Origin: Candidatus Aminicenantes bacterium
GTDB taxonomy: Bacteria; Acidobacteriota; Aminicenantia; Aminicenantales; UBA8522
Assembly (NCBI GenBank): GCA_963764885.1
Contig: CAVXUH010000014.1
Span: 27,319-91,318, forward strand
DNA length: 64,000 nt
Reading direction: 5' to 3'
Of this stretch, positions 28,150 through 38,468 are shown piece by piece (position 1 is the first letter of the stretch; the number at the start of each line of letters is the position of its first letter). The position numbers and the translations under genes were made by a program. The notes under the pieces are model-generated. The model was not told where the DNA came from, ran no database searches, and saw nothing but the letters and a program-made list of their open reading frames with translations.

Positions 28150-29545
28150 TCAACGCGGGACGGTGCGGCACCGCTCGAAGGCTCCAGCGTGTCCCGGCTC
28201 CGCTCGCTTTTTCCAGAAGAAATAGGCGGGCAGGCCGGCCAGGATCATGGCCAGGCCGAGCGCCGAGTTCCGGGGCTCGGACAACAGGCGGTTCATGAAT
28301 ACCGCCAGGTTCACTCCGATAAATATAATGGGCACGACCGGATAGCCCCAGGCCCGGTAGGGCCGCGGAATATCCGGGCGCCGGATCCGGAGCACGATCG
28401 ACCGCCGCTCCCGTGGCTGCGAAAAACAGCACGAGCGCGAAGATCACGTATTCGAAAAGGGCCTGGTAGGTTCCCGTCAAGCACAGAAATCCCGACCAGA
28501 CCGCCTGGGCGATGATGGCCCGGCCGGGCACATGGTAGCGCGGGTGGATCCGGCCCATCTTCTTGAAAAACAGCCCGTCTTCGGACATCGCATAGTAGAC
28601 CCGCGGGCCGTAAAGTATCGTCGCGCTCAGGCAGCCGAAGATCGAAGCCAGGATCGCCGCGGCGATCACCGAGCCCGATCGCCGTTCCGAACATGGTCGT
28701 TGCCGCCAGCTCTCCGATGCGGACGACCCCGCTCATGTCCGCGACTGGGACGGCGGCGAGATAGAGCGCATTCATCAATACGTAGACCGCCGTGACCGCC
28801 GCGGTCCCCAGGAACAGGCTCAAGGGAATCGTGGTCTGCGGCGTCTTGATCTCGCCGGCGGCGCAGTTCACCGAATACCAGCCGTCATAAGTCCAGAGCG
28901 CCGCAAAGATCGCCAGGCCGAAGGATGCCGAGAGACACGCCGCCGTCAAAACTCATGAGCGCGGCCGGGGTGGGGGAGACCGGCCTTTTTGCCCGAGGAG
29001 CCAGCCGGCGACCAGGAACACCACCAGGCCGCCGACCCGGATGACAGTGAACACGTTCTGGACCAGGATCCCACCGCGGATACCGAAATAATTGACCGCC
29101 GACAGCGCCGCGATCAGGACCAGGGCGACGACCTGGCCCCACGCTGATGGTGCACGGATAGCTCGCCGACCGGAATGCTCAGGATCGCGGCGCTGATTGC
29201 GAGAGCCCGGGCAGGAAATAGCCCAGGTATTCCGAAAATCCGACGGCCAGGGCCGCGATCCCACCTCCCATGATCATCCAGAAAAACGCCCAGCCGAACA
29301 GAAAGCCGGTCAAGTCGCCATAGGCCTCCTTGAGATACACGAACTGGCCGCCGGCCCGGGGAAACATGGCGCGCCAGCTCGCCGAAAGAAAGGGCGCCGA
29401 AAAGGGTGATCAGTCCGCCGGCCGCCCATACGAGAAGGACGGCACCCGGCGACCGCACGAGCTCGACGATGATGCCCGTCGTCATGAAGATGCCCGAGCC
29501 GATGACGCTCCCCATCACGAGGAGCGTCGCGTCCCAAAGAGTCAT
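28150..29545 (-). pseudogene. APC-superfamily amino-acid permease, reading frame broken at least 5-6 times (pseudogene or assembly indels)
   Basis: Consecutive minus-strand ORF-track ORFs (29114..29572, 29179..29367, 28953..29264, 28311..28949, 28013..28669, 28150..28395) together spell a ~12-TM APC permease: MTLWDATLLVMGSVIGSGIFMTTG.. / ..FPRAGGQFVYLKEAYGDLTGF.. / ..NYFGIRGG.. / ..GEIKTPQTTIPLSL.. / ..YGPRVYYAMSEDGLFF.. Confidence 0.6.
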
Positions 29546-29747
29546 GACGCGCTCGAAGCCCGGGCTTCTCATTCATTCCTAGCACCGTCCAAGTTTTCGC
29601 GATTATAAAGGAACTCCTGCGCAAGTTCAAATTCACGCTCGCATCGATGAGACCTACGGCGTTCTCTTCAGACCGTTCTTTATTCCTGACGCCATTTTTC
29701 AAACCGCCAACATCATCCGTCCCGGAGAAAATTAGCTTTATATCTTT

Positions 29748-29765
29748 TTTATTATCAATTATTTA
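29748..29765 (+). repeat. AT-rich 18-mer TTTATTATCAATTATTTA (copy 2 of 2)
   Basis: Identical to 23917-23934. It lies in the AT-rich parA upstream region, immediately 5' of a TATAAT hexamer and the 20-bp palindrome. Confidence 0.8.
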
Positions 29766-29768
29766 TAT

Positions 29769-29788
29769 AATGTCGGCATGCCGACATT
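29769..29788. promoter_or_regulatory. perfect 20-bp palindrome AATGTCGGCATGCCGACATT overlapping a TATAAT hexamer, ~145 nt upstream of parA (candidate operator or centromere-like site)
   Basis: Read directly: tatAATGTCGGCATGCCGACATTctc, with the TATAAT at 29766-29771. It is not the canonical parS (TGTTNCACGTGAAACA). Confidence 0.5.
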
Positions 29789-29931
29789 CTCAGACTCCGA
29801 CACCCGTCACGTTTCTTTTATTCTTTACTTTGCCCGGCGCGTTGCCCCCGTCTGCACCTTGCGCCTCTTCCATCGATCAGAAGTCCCGTTCGATATTTTT
29901 TCTTGCATTTTACTTTTTCCTCCATTATCCT

Positions 29932-30740
29932 ATGTTCCATTCTCGGAACGCGACCGACGCCTTGGAGGATTCGTTGATCATCGCGATCACCAATCAAAAG
30001 GGCGGAGTGGGGAAGACCACGACGGCCCTCAATGTCTCCGCAGGCCTGGCCTTGATGGGCTACCGGATGCTCCTCATCGATACCGACCCCCAGGCTCATA
30101 GCAGCAGCTCCTGTCTTAACGATTCGTCCGCCTATGCCAAGTCCCTCTACGATATTCTCGTCCACCCCCAGGACAGCATCGAGACCATCATCGCCAAGTC
30201 CACCATACCCGGCCTCGATGTCGCCGTCTCGAGGATCTCCATGGCCAAGCTCGAGCCGGCGCTCCTCGGCGAGATCGACGGCCACTATCGTCTGAAGGAT
30301 ATCATCCAGCCGATCCTGCCGAAATACGATCACATCGTGATCGATACGCCGCCGACCCTCGGCCTGATCACCATGAATTCACTTGTCGCCGCTACCCATA
30401 TTCTGATCCCCATCCAATCCTCCTTCCTGTGCCTGGAGGGCACGGACGATCTCCTCGAAACGATCGACAAGGTCAAGCGGGTCGCCAACCCGCAGCTTCA
30501 GCTCCTCGGGCATCCTGATCACCCTCCACGACAAGCGCACCAACATCTCGCGGGACGTCGTCAAGAGAATCCGCAAGGTCTTCGGCGACCTCGTTTTCAA
30601 GACCCTGATCTCGAAAAGCGTCAAGCTCGAGGAGAGCCCGGCTTATAAGGAATCCATCTTCACATACGCTCCCGAATCCGTCGGAGCCGTTCCAGTACCG
30701 GAAAATCGCCGAGGAGATAATCGAACGTGCTAAAAACTAA
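29932..30740 (+). CDS. parA: ParA/Soj-family partitioning ATPase; two frameshifts near the 3' end (~30510, ~30680)
   Basis: Deviant Walker A IIAITNQKGGVGKTTTALNVSAGLA, ..LLIDTDPQAHSS.., ..IVIDTPPTLG.. The ORF-track frame derails at ..QLQLLG. Shifted frames give ..ILITLHDKRTNISRDVVKRIRKVFGDLVFKTLISKSVKLEESPAYKESIFTYAPES.. and then ..[14 protein letters not shown] with TAA at ~30738-30740. The first shift is at a ctcGGGcat G-run. Confidence 0.8.
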
Positions 30741-31564
30741 ACGATCCGGCCTGCCCGATACGCTCGTCATGCGCCACGACGATCACTTCGTCGACCTGAT
30801 TTCGGCCCGGATCACCGGCCCCGACCATCCGCATGATCCCGCTCGACCGCATCGACCCCAATCCCCAGCAGGCCCGGAGCGAACTCGGCAACATCGAGGA
30901 GCTCATGTCCTCGATCAAGTCCAAGGGTGTCCTCGAGCCGATTCTCGTCCGCCCCGGAACGACCGGTACGAGATCATCGCCGGTGAGCGACGCTATGTCG
31001 CCTCGAAGCGCGTCGGCCTCAAGGAGATCCCCGCCATCGAGATGCACGTCAAGGATAACGAGGCCCTGGAGATGGCGCTCATCGAAAACGTCCAGCGCAA
31101 GGACCTGGGCGTCTTCGAGGAGGCCGACGGGCTCAAGGCTCTGATCGATATCTACGGCTATAACCACAACCAGCTCGCCGAAAAGATCGGCAAGGCCCGC
31201 TCGACGATCACCGAGATCATCAACGTCGCGCAGATCCCCAAGCGGCTGCGCGAGCCTCTGCGCCGAATATGACATCACGAGCCGTAGCATGCTCATCGAG
31301 ATCGCCAAGCTCGATAAGGAAGAGGACATGGAGAAGCTGATCACGCAGATCAGCCAGCGCGGCCTCCGCCGCGAGGATACCCGCGAGCTGTCCAAGAAGC
31401 TCAAGGGCAAGCAGAGACACACCCGGCCGTTCATTTTCAGCTATTCGCCGGCCGCCAACGATTATTATCATCTCCGCCTGGAATTCAAGAAGCACTCGGT
31501 CGACAACACCGAGATCATCCAGGTTCTCGAAGAGATCATCACCCGCCTTAAATCCAAACGCTGA
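30727..31564 (+). CDS. parB: ParB/Spo0J-family partitioning protein; at least 3 frameshifts
   Basis: GTG 30727 overlaps the parA end. ORF-track 30727..31272, 30833..31144 and 31289..31564 join as ..[40 protein letters not shown] / ..[52 protein letters not shown].. / ..[12 protein letters not shown]...RLKSKR*. The ParB box II GERRxRA motif is present. Confidence 0.8.
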
Positions 31565-32642
31565 CAAGACGCCGGCCGCGGCGCGAAGGGCAGGGGCCTT
31601 AACCTTGCCCCTCTCCGTAAAAAGTACTTAGTTGACATAATATCTGTTATGCGACGCATATCGCGGCGCCTCCCATATCAGGCTTCCTATCAGGTGCTTG
31701 GAGTAATTCACAGGCTGTGGATATCCCGACTGCCCTGGTTTTGGGCAATTGTGGATATCCGCCGTCCGTCGGCATATCCTGGGAGGCTCAATGTCGGCGC
31801 TCCGCCCGGCGACGACGATCCGTTCACCATCAACGCCCCCCATCAATCGAGCGTTCTACCGCCTGCGGGGCGAGCGTTCCTGCGGCAACAAATCCAATTC
31901 TGGCGTGCATGGCCGTCAGAGGGCTGCGCGGGGATTACGCGGTCGATGGCGGCGGCCCCGCCCATATGAGTTGCCGGATTCATGTCAAGGGTCTCTCGGC
32001 CGCGTCATCAGCCAGGCCCCGGCGCCCACTTTCGATCTCCCCGCCGCGTGGGCACCGGGAAGTAGCTTCGGCAGAGGCCCCTGATCTGAGCCCCGGGGGG
32101 CCTCCTTGCGCTCTGTGTCACAATTGGAGCCGACGACAATACGCTCTGAATAAAGGCGCCTGCCAGGCAGGGCATTCCCCCGGCCCGCCTATCTATCGGG
32201 CCCCCTCCCCTGCCGAATACCGCCAAAACGGGCCCCTTATGGGGCTCCCAGCCAGAAACGGCTGTTTTTTTACGGGAACCACGGCCAGCCCCCTTGGCGG
32301 GCACGGGGCGGAATACCGATACGGGAACACATCCGGCTGTCTTAAGCCCCTGTGTGCGAGACTTTGGGCTCTAAAGAGCGTGAATTCTCAGGGTTGAGTC
32401 CCCCTCTGACAGCCGATTTCCGGCCACGCCGGAGCGAAACAGTAGGACTTTTGTGCTCGCAGAGCCATTTTTCCGGACGCTAAACCCCGAATTGCGGCTC
32501 CTTGGGAGCCGCATCAAGCGCCCTAATCGCATAAAGGATGCCTCGCGCGCAGAGATCAGCCCGGATTGTCGGGGCAGGAATTTAAAAAAAGGCGTAGAGG
32601 ATGAATCCCGGTCGACGGCAGTCCGTGATCCGGGACGGGGCC
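31565..32642. other. ~1.08-kb gene-free GC-rich region between convergent parB and rho; candidate non-coding RNA locus or decayed gene
   Basis: No ORF in any frame resembles a protein; the listed ORFs are low-complexity GC artefacts. The region contains a TTGACA hexamer at 31632-37, several strong hairpins, and a terminator-like element at 32232-32271. Confidence 0.4.
32232..32271 (+). terminator. intrinsic-terminator-like element: GCCCC-TTAT-GGGGC hairpin, then CAGCC-AGAAAC-GGCTG hairpin followed by T7
   Basis: acgGGCCCCttatGGGGCtccCAGCCagaaacGGCTGTTTTTTTacggg on the plus strand. No annotated plus-strand gene ends here, which implies an unannotated plus-strand transcript within the gap. Confidence 0.45.
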
Positions 32643-33926
32643 TTATATGCCCTTGCTCATCGCGCCGAGGAAATCGGCATTGGTCTTGGTCTTGGAGATC
32701 TTGTCGACCAAAAGCTCCATCGCCTCGACCTCGGAGAGCTGGCTCAGGACCTTTCTCAGGATCCAGATCCGGTTGAGGTTCTGCTCGTCGATCAGAAGCT
32801 CCTCTTTCCGGGTGCCCGAGCGGTTGATGTCGATCGCCGGGAACAGCCGCTTATCGACCAGCCGCCGGTCGAGGTTGATCTCCATATTGCCCGTGCCCTT
32901 GAACTCCTCGAAGATGACGTCGTCCATCCGGCTGCCCGTGTCGACGAGGGCCGTGGCCATGATCGTCAGGCTGCCGCCCTCTTCGATCTTTCCGGGCCGA
33001 GCCGAAGAACTTCTTGGGCTTGTTGAGCGCGTTGGCGTCGATGCCGCCCGACAGCACCTTGCCCGAGGGCGGAATGATGGCGTTGTGGGCCCGCGCCAGC
33101 CGGGTCACGCTGTCGAGCAGGATGACGACGTCGCGCTTGATCTCGACCAGCCGCTTGGCCTTCTCGAGGACGATGTTCGCCACCTGGGCGTTCCTGGCGG
33201 GCGGCTCGTCGAAGGTCGAGGCCACGACCTCGCCGTTGACGCTCCTCTGGAAGTCCGTGACCTCCTCGGGCCGCTCGGCAACGAGGAGGACGATCAGGAA
33301 GCACTCGGGGTGGTTCTTCTCGATCGGACTTGGCGATCGTCTTCAGCAGGGTCGTCTTGCCGGCCCGGGGCGGCGACACGATCAGGCCTCTCTGCCCCTT
33401 GCCGATGGGCGTCAGCAGGTCCATGATCCGGGCGTTCATGTTCTTCTGGTTGCCGTCCTCGAGGACGAACTTCTCGAAGGGATAGAGCGGGCGTCAGGTG
33501 TTCGAAGTGGACGTTCCGCCGCATGTCCTGGAGGACATCGGGGTGGGTCATGTTGATGGCTTCGATCTTGATCAGGGCGAAATACTTTTCGCCGTTCTTG
33601 GGCGGGCGGACGATGCCGGAAATGGTGTCGCCTGTCCGGAGCTGGAACTTGCGGATCTGGGAGGGGGATACATAGATATCGTCCTGGCTGGGAAGATAGC
33701 TGAACTCGGGGGCCCGGAGGAACCCGAACCCGTCCTCGAGCGTCTCCAGGACGCCCTCCGAGAACAGCAAACCGCTTTTCTTGGCCTGGGCTTCGAGGAC
33801 CTTGAAGATCAGGTCGTGCTTGTTGGACTGCTCGATCTCCTCGTCCTCGACGCCCGCCTGGCCGGCGATTTTCTGGAGCTCCTTGAGGTCCTTTTCCTCC
33901 AGTTCGATCAGGCTGTACTCTTTCAT
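32643..33926 (-). CDS. rho: transcription termination factor Rho; at least 3 frameshifts
   Basis: AGGAGA RBS before ATG 33926. N-terminus [67 protein letters not shown].. (OB/CSD domain). Walker A ..[18 protein letters not shown].. lies in a second frame. The C-terminus ..[51 protein letters not shown].. is from ORF-track 32643..32960. Confidence 0.85.
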
Positions 33927-34111
33927 CCTTGAATCTCCTACGTACGTTCTCGTTTCTTCAGCCGGCGCCGCTGCTGGGCGCGGGCCGTCACGCGTTCGGT
34001 CGCTCATCGTTGATTCTCGGTCGTCTGGTCATTTCGTCACCTTTTCGCGGGCCCCGGCCGGTTCGCCGCGCGCGGCGCGGGGCCGGCCGGGCCCAAATTT
34101 ATTTTCGGTTT

Positions 34112-36547
34112 TCAATGGGTCAGAGGAGGCTCGCCCGGTCCGCCGCCCTCCCCTTCCCCGGGAGCGAGATCCGGCGAGATCGTCGGCTTCTCCTTGGGGG
34201 GTTTCGGCGGCAATTCCCTGGTCAGGGCGATCTTCAGGACATCGTCCATGTTCTCCACCAGGTGGATCTTCAGCTCCTGCTTGATGACCTTGGGAATATC
34301 CTTCAGGTCCGCCCTGTTGTCCAGGGGGACGATGGCTTCGCGGATGCCTTCGCGGTGGGCCGCCAGGAGCTTTTCCTTGATCCCACCGACCGGCAGGACC
34401 CTGCCCCGGAGCGTGATTTCGCCCGTCATCGCCACCTTCCGGTTGACCGGGATCTCCGTCAGCAGGGAGATGATCGCCGTGGCGATGGTGATGCCCGCGG
34501 ACGGCCCCTCCTTGGGCGTGGCCCCTTCCGGGACATGGATATGGATATCGAAGTTCTTGTGCAGGTCCCGGGCGATGTTGAGCTCGAAGATCTTGCCCCG
34601 GACGTAGCTGAAGGCGGCCTGGGCCGATTCCTGCATGATCTCGCCCAGCTGTCCCGTCAGGGTGAAAATCCCCTTGCCGTGGATCTTGGTCGCCTCGAAG
34701 GTCAGGAGCTCGCCGCCGAACTCGGTCCAGGCCATGCCGAGGGAGGCGCCGATCTCCTCGTTCTTGTCGATCAATGAGCGCCGGAACTTGGCGATGCCGA
34801 GATAGCCCTCGAGGTTCTTCGGGGTGACCCGCTCGCTGTGCTCCTTGCCCTTGTCGACGACCCGCTTGACCAGCTTCCGGCAGACGGACGTGATCTCCCG
34901 CTCCAGGTTGCGCACGCCGGCTTCCCGGGTGTATTCGCGGATGATCTTCTGCATGGCCGGGTCGGTGATCCTCAGGTTGTTGACCTTGAGGCCGTGGGCT
35001 TTCATCTGCCTCGGCAGCAGGAACCGTTTGGCGATCTGGAGCTTCTCGTCCTCGGTGTAGCCCGGCAGCCGGATGACCTCCATGCGGTCGACGAGCGGAC
35101 GGGGAATCGGGTCCAGCATGTTGGCCGTCACGATGAACATGACCTGGGAGAGGTCAAAATCGGTATCGATGTAGTGGTCGAGGAAAGCGTTGTTCTGGTC
35201 GGGGTCGAGGACCTCCATCAGGGCCGAGGCCGGGTCGCCGCGGAAGTCCATGCTCATCTTGTCGACTTCGTCGAGCAGGAAGACCGGGTTTCTCGTGCCG
35301 GCCCGTTTGATCATCTGGATGATCCGCCCCGGATAGGCGCCGATGTAGGTTCGTCGGTGCCCCCGGACCTCGGCCTCATCCCTGACCCCGCCGAGCGACA
35401 GCCGGACGAACTTCCGGCCCGTCGCCCTGGCGATCGACCGGCCGAGCGAGGATTTGCCCACGCCCGGAGGGCCGATGAGCCCCAGGATGACCCCCTTGGG
35501 GTCCCTGACGAGCTGCCGGATGGAGAGGTATTCGATGATCCTCTCCTTGATCTTTTCCAGCCCGAAGTGGTCCTCGTCCAGGATCCTGGCCGCGGATTTG
35601 AGGTCGCGCTTTTCCCGGGATTTCTTGTTCCAGGGAAGGGAGATCAGCCAGTCGAGGTAATTCCGGCAGACCGTCGCCTCGGCGGACATCGGCGGCATGG
35701 TCTCGAGACGCTCGATCTCCTTATTCGCCTTGTCCTGGGCGTCGGGGGGCATGCCGGCCTTCTTCACCTTCTGGCGCAGCTCCTCGATCTCGTTGGGCTG
35801 GTCCTCCTTCCGGCCGAAATTGGCGCCGGCCGGAAAGATGTTGGGCCGGGCGTCCTTGCCGGGGACCTTCTGCCGTTCGCCCTTGGGCCCCTCCCGCCTC
35901 AGCCGCGAATGGATCTTAAGTATTTCATTTTCAAGGAGATAGTTAAGGCGCCGGACCCTCTCGAGGGTATTGATGGTCTCGAGCAGGTTCTGCTTTTCCT
36001 CGAGGGGAAGGTAGAGATGGGAGGAGATGATGTCGGTGATCCGCTCGGTCGTCGTGTCGCGGAGCGCCGGGATGATCGACTCGATATTGGCGTTCTGGTT
36101 GAGCTTCAGGTAGTCCTCGAAGAGGGCGAGCACGCGCTTCAGGAGGTCCTTGGTCTCGGGACTCTGGTCCTCGATCTCCTTGATGACCTTGGCCAGGACC
36201 TGGTAATAGGGAAAAGTGCTCAGGTACTCGATGACCCGGGCGCGCTTCTTCGCCTCGACGATGACCTTGACGTTCTTGTCGTCCGACTTGACCGTCCGGA
36301 TGACCTTGGCCGTCACGCCCAGGGAATAGATGTCCTTGGGGGTCGGGTTGTTCATGGAGGCGTCCATCTGGGCCGCCAGGAAAATGAGCTTGTCCCGCTC
36401 CAGCGCCTTGTCCAGGGCCTGGATGGAGGATTCGCGGCCGATGATGAACGGCACGAGCGTCGACGGGAAGATCACCAGGTCCCGCAACGGAATGAGCGGG
36501 ATGTTGCGGATCATCTCGGCGTTGCTGTTGGGGTCTTGGCTGCTCAT
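34112..36547 (-). CDS. lon: ATP-dependent Lon protease
   Basis: 811 aa, intact. Lon N-domain, AAA+ Walker A GPPGVGKSS, and a protease domain with the catalytic Ser in ..PKEGPSAGIT.. and KLLAAHREGI. A GGGAGAA RBS sits inside the clpX 3' end and the stop/start gap is 1 nt. Confidence 0.95.
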   Translation of the reverse strand: MSSQDPNSNAEMIRNIPLIPLRDLVIFPSTLVPFIIGRESSIQALDKALERDKLIFLAAQMDASMNNPTPKDIYSLGVTAKVIRTVKSDDKNVKVIVEAKKRARVIEYLSTFPYYQVLAKVIKEIEDQSPETKDLLKRVLALFEDYLKLNQNANIESIIPALRDTTTERITDIISSHLYLPLEEKQNLLETINTLERVRRLNYLLENEILKIHSRLRREGPKGERQKVPGKDARPNIFPAGANFGRKEDQPNEIEELRQKVKKAGMPPDAQDKANKEIERLETMPPMSAEATVCRNYLDWLISLPWNKKSREKRDLKSAARILDEDHFGLEKIKERIIEYLSIRQLVRDPKGVILGLIGPPGVGKSSLGRSIARATGRKFVRLSLGGVRDEAEVRGHRRTYIGAYPGRIIQMIKRAGTRNPVFLLDEVDKMSMDFRGDPASALMEVLDPDQNNAFLDHYIDTDFDLSQVMFIVTANMLDPIPRPLVDRMEVIRLPGYTEDEKLQIAKRFLLPRQMKAHGLKVNNLRITDPAMQKIIREYTREAGVRNLEREITSVCRKLVKRVVDKGKEHSERVTPKNLEGYLGIAKFRRSLIDKNEEIGASLGMAWTEFGGELLTFEATKIHGKGIFTLTGQLGEIMQESAQAAFSYVRGKIFELNIARDLHKNFDIHIHVPEGATPKEGPSAGITIATAIISLLTEIPVNRKVAMTGEITLRGRVLPVGGIKEKLLAAHREGIREAIVPLDNRADLKDIPKVIKQELKIHLVENMDDVLKIALTRELPPKPPKEKPTISPDLAPGEGEGGGPGEPPLTH

Positions 36548-36548
36548 C

Positions 36549-37808
<1,260 letters not shown>

Positions 37809-37858
37809 TGTCGTTTTCAGCTATCCCAGAATCTCGGCTCGCCCCCACGGGCGAGCGT

Positions 37859-38456
37859 TCAGGCCTTGGCATCTTTCCGGGAGACGATGATCTCGTCGAC
37901 CAGGCCATAATCCTTCGCCTCAGCGGAGGTCATGATGAAGTCCCGCTCGATGTCGGCCTGGATCTTATCTTTCGGCTGGCCGGTGTGCCGGGCAAGGATA
38001 TCGTTGAGCGCCTCCCGGATGCGTAGTATCTCTTTCGCCTGGATGGCGATGTCCGAAGCCTGCCCCTGATAGCCGCCGCTCGGCTGGTGGAGAACGACCC
38101 GGGAGTTCGGCAGGCGAATACCGCTTTCCCGGGCGCCCGGCCGCCAGCAGAACGGCCGCCATGCTGGCGGCCTGGCCGACGCAGATGGTGGCGACATCGG
38201 ACTTGATGAACTGCATGGTGTCGTAGATGGCGATCCCCGCGGTGATGCTCCCCCCGGGGGAATTGATATACAGCGAGATCTCCTTTTTCGGGTTCTCCGC
38301 CTCGAGGTAGAGAAGCTGGGCGATCACCGCGTTGGCCATCTCGTCATTGATCTCGGACCCTATGAAGATAATGTTGTCCTTGAGCAGGCGGGAATAGATA
38401 TCGTAGGCGCGTTCACTGCGGCCGTCCTGCTCGACGACATAGGGGATTAAAGCCAT
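37859..38456 (-). CDS. clpP: ATP-dependent Clp protease proteolytic subunit ClpP; single-base frameshift near 38118-38125
   Basis: ..[50 protein letters not shown] | [30 protein letters not shown].. The active-site Ser in GQAASM and His in HQP are present. The junction shows one extra base (tattcgCctgccgaac). Confidence 0.9.
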
Positions 38457-38468
38457 GAAAAGTACCTT

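Noticed and set aside
27900-28150. Lower-GC ~250-nt spacer between the convergent 4Fe-4S gene and the permease remnant, with repeated (a/g)attcacgcc strings
   Set aside because: No ORF, no clear hairpin plus T-tract, and repeats too short (10 nt, 2-3 copies) to distinguish from chance. Likely decayed 3' sequence of the disrupted permease region.
2919-31800. Recurrence of AATGTCGG(C) at 2931, 29769 and 31791 as a possible shared operator half-site
   Set aside because: An 8-9-mer occurring 2-3 times in 128 kb of double-stranded sequence is near chance expectation. Only the 20-bp palindrome at 29769-29788 is treated as significant.
31649-32397. ORFs 31649..31969, 31717..32397, 31749..32084, 32008..32304 inside the parB-rho gap
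   Set aside because: Their translations are Arg/Pro/Gly/Ala-rich and low-complexity, with no start-site signals and no recognisable domains. They are treated as GC artefacts, and the region is reported as non-coding or unknown instead.
31565-32642. tmRNA, RNase P RNA, SRP RNA, group II intron or tRNA in the gap (a T-loop-like GGGTTGAGTCCCC at ~32391)
   Set aside because: I could not find the diagnostic motifs: no GGAAAGTCCGGGCTCC / ACAGAACCCGGCTTA for RNase P, no tag-peptide ORF + CCA-adjacent acceptor for tmRNA, no domain V for group II introns. The T-loop-like string lacks a matching T-stem and acceptor. The question is left open under the gap finding rather than called.
34030-34100. Large GC-rich palindromic hairpin between lon stop and rho start; and CACCC-TTTC-GGGTG+ATTTTT hairpin just after alaS stop (45905-45932)
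   Set aside because: Both have the U-tract on the wrong side to act as intrinsic terminators for the minus-strand genes that end there, and no plus-strand gene ends at either. They may be RNA or DNA structural elements (for example the rho leader), but I cannot assign a function. They are noted only.
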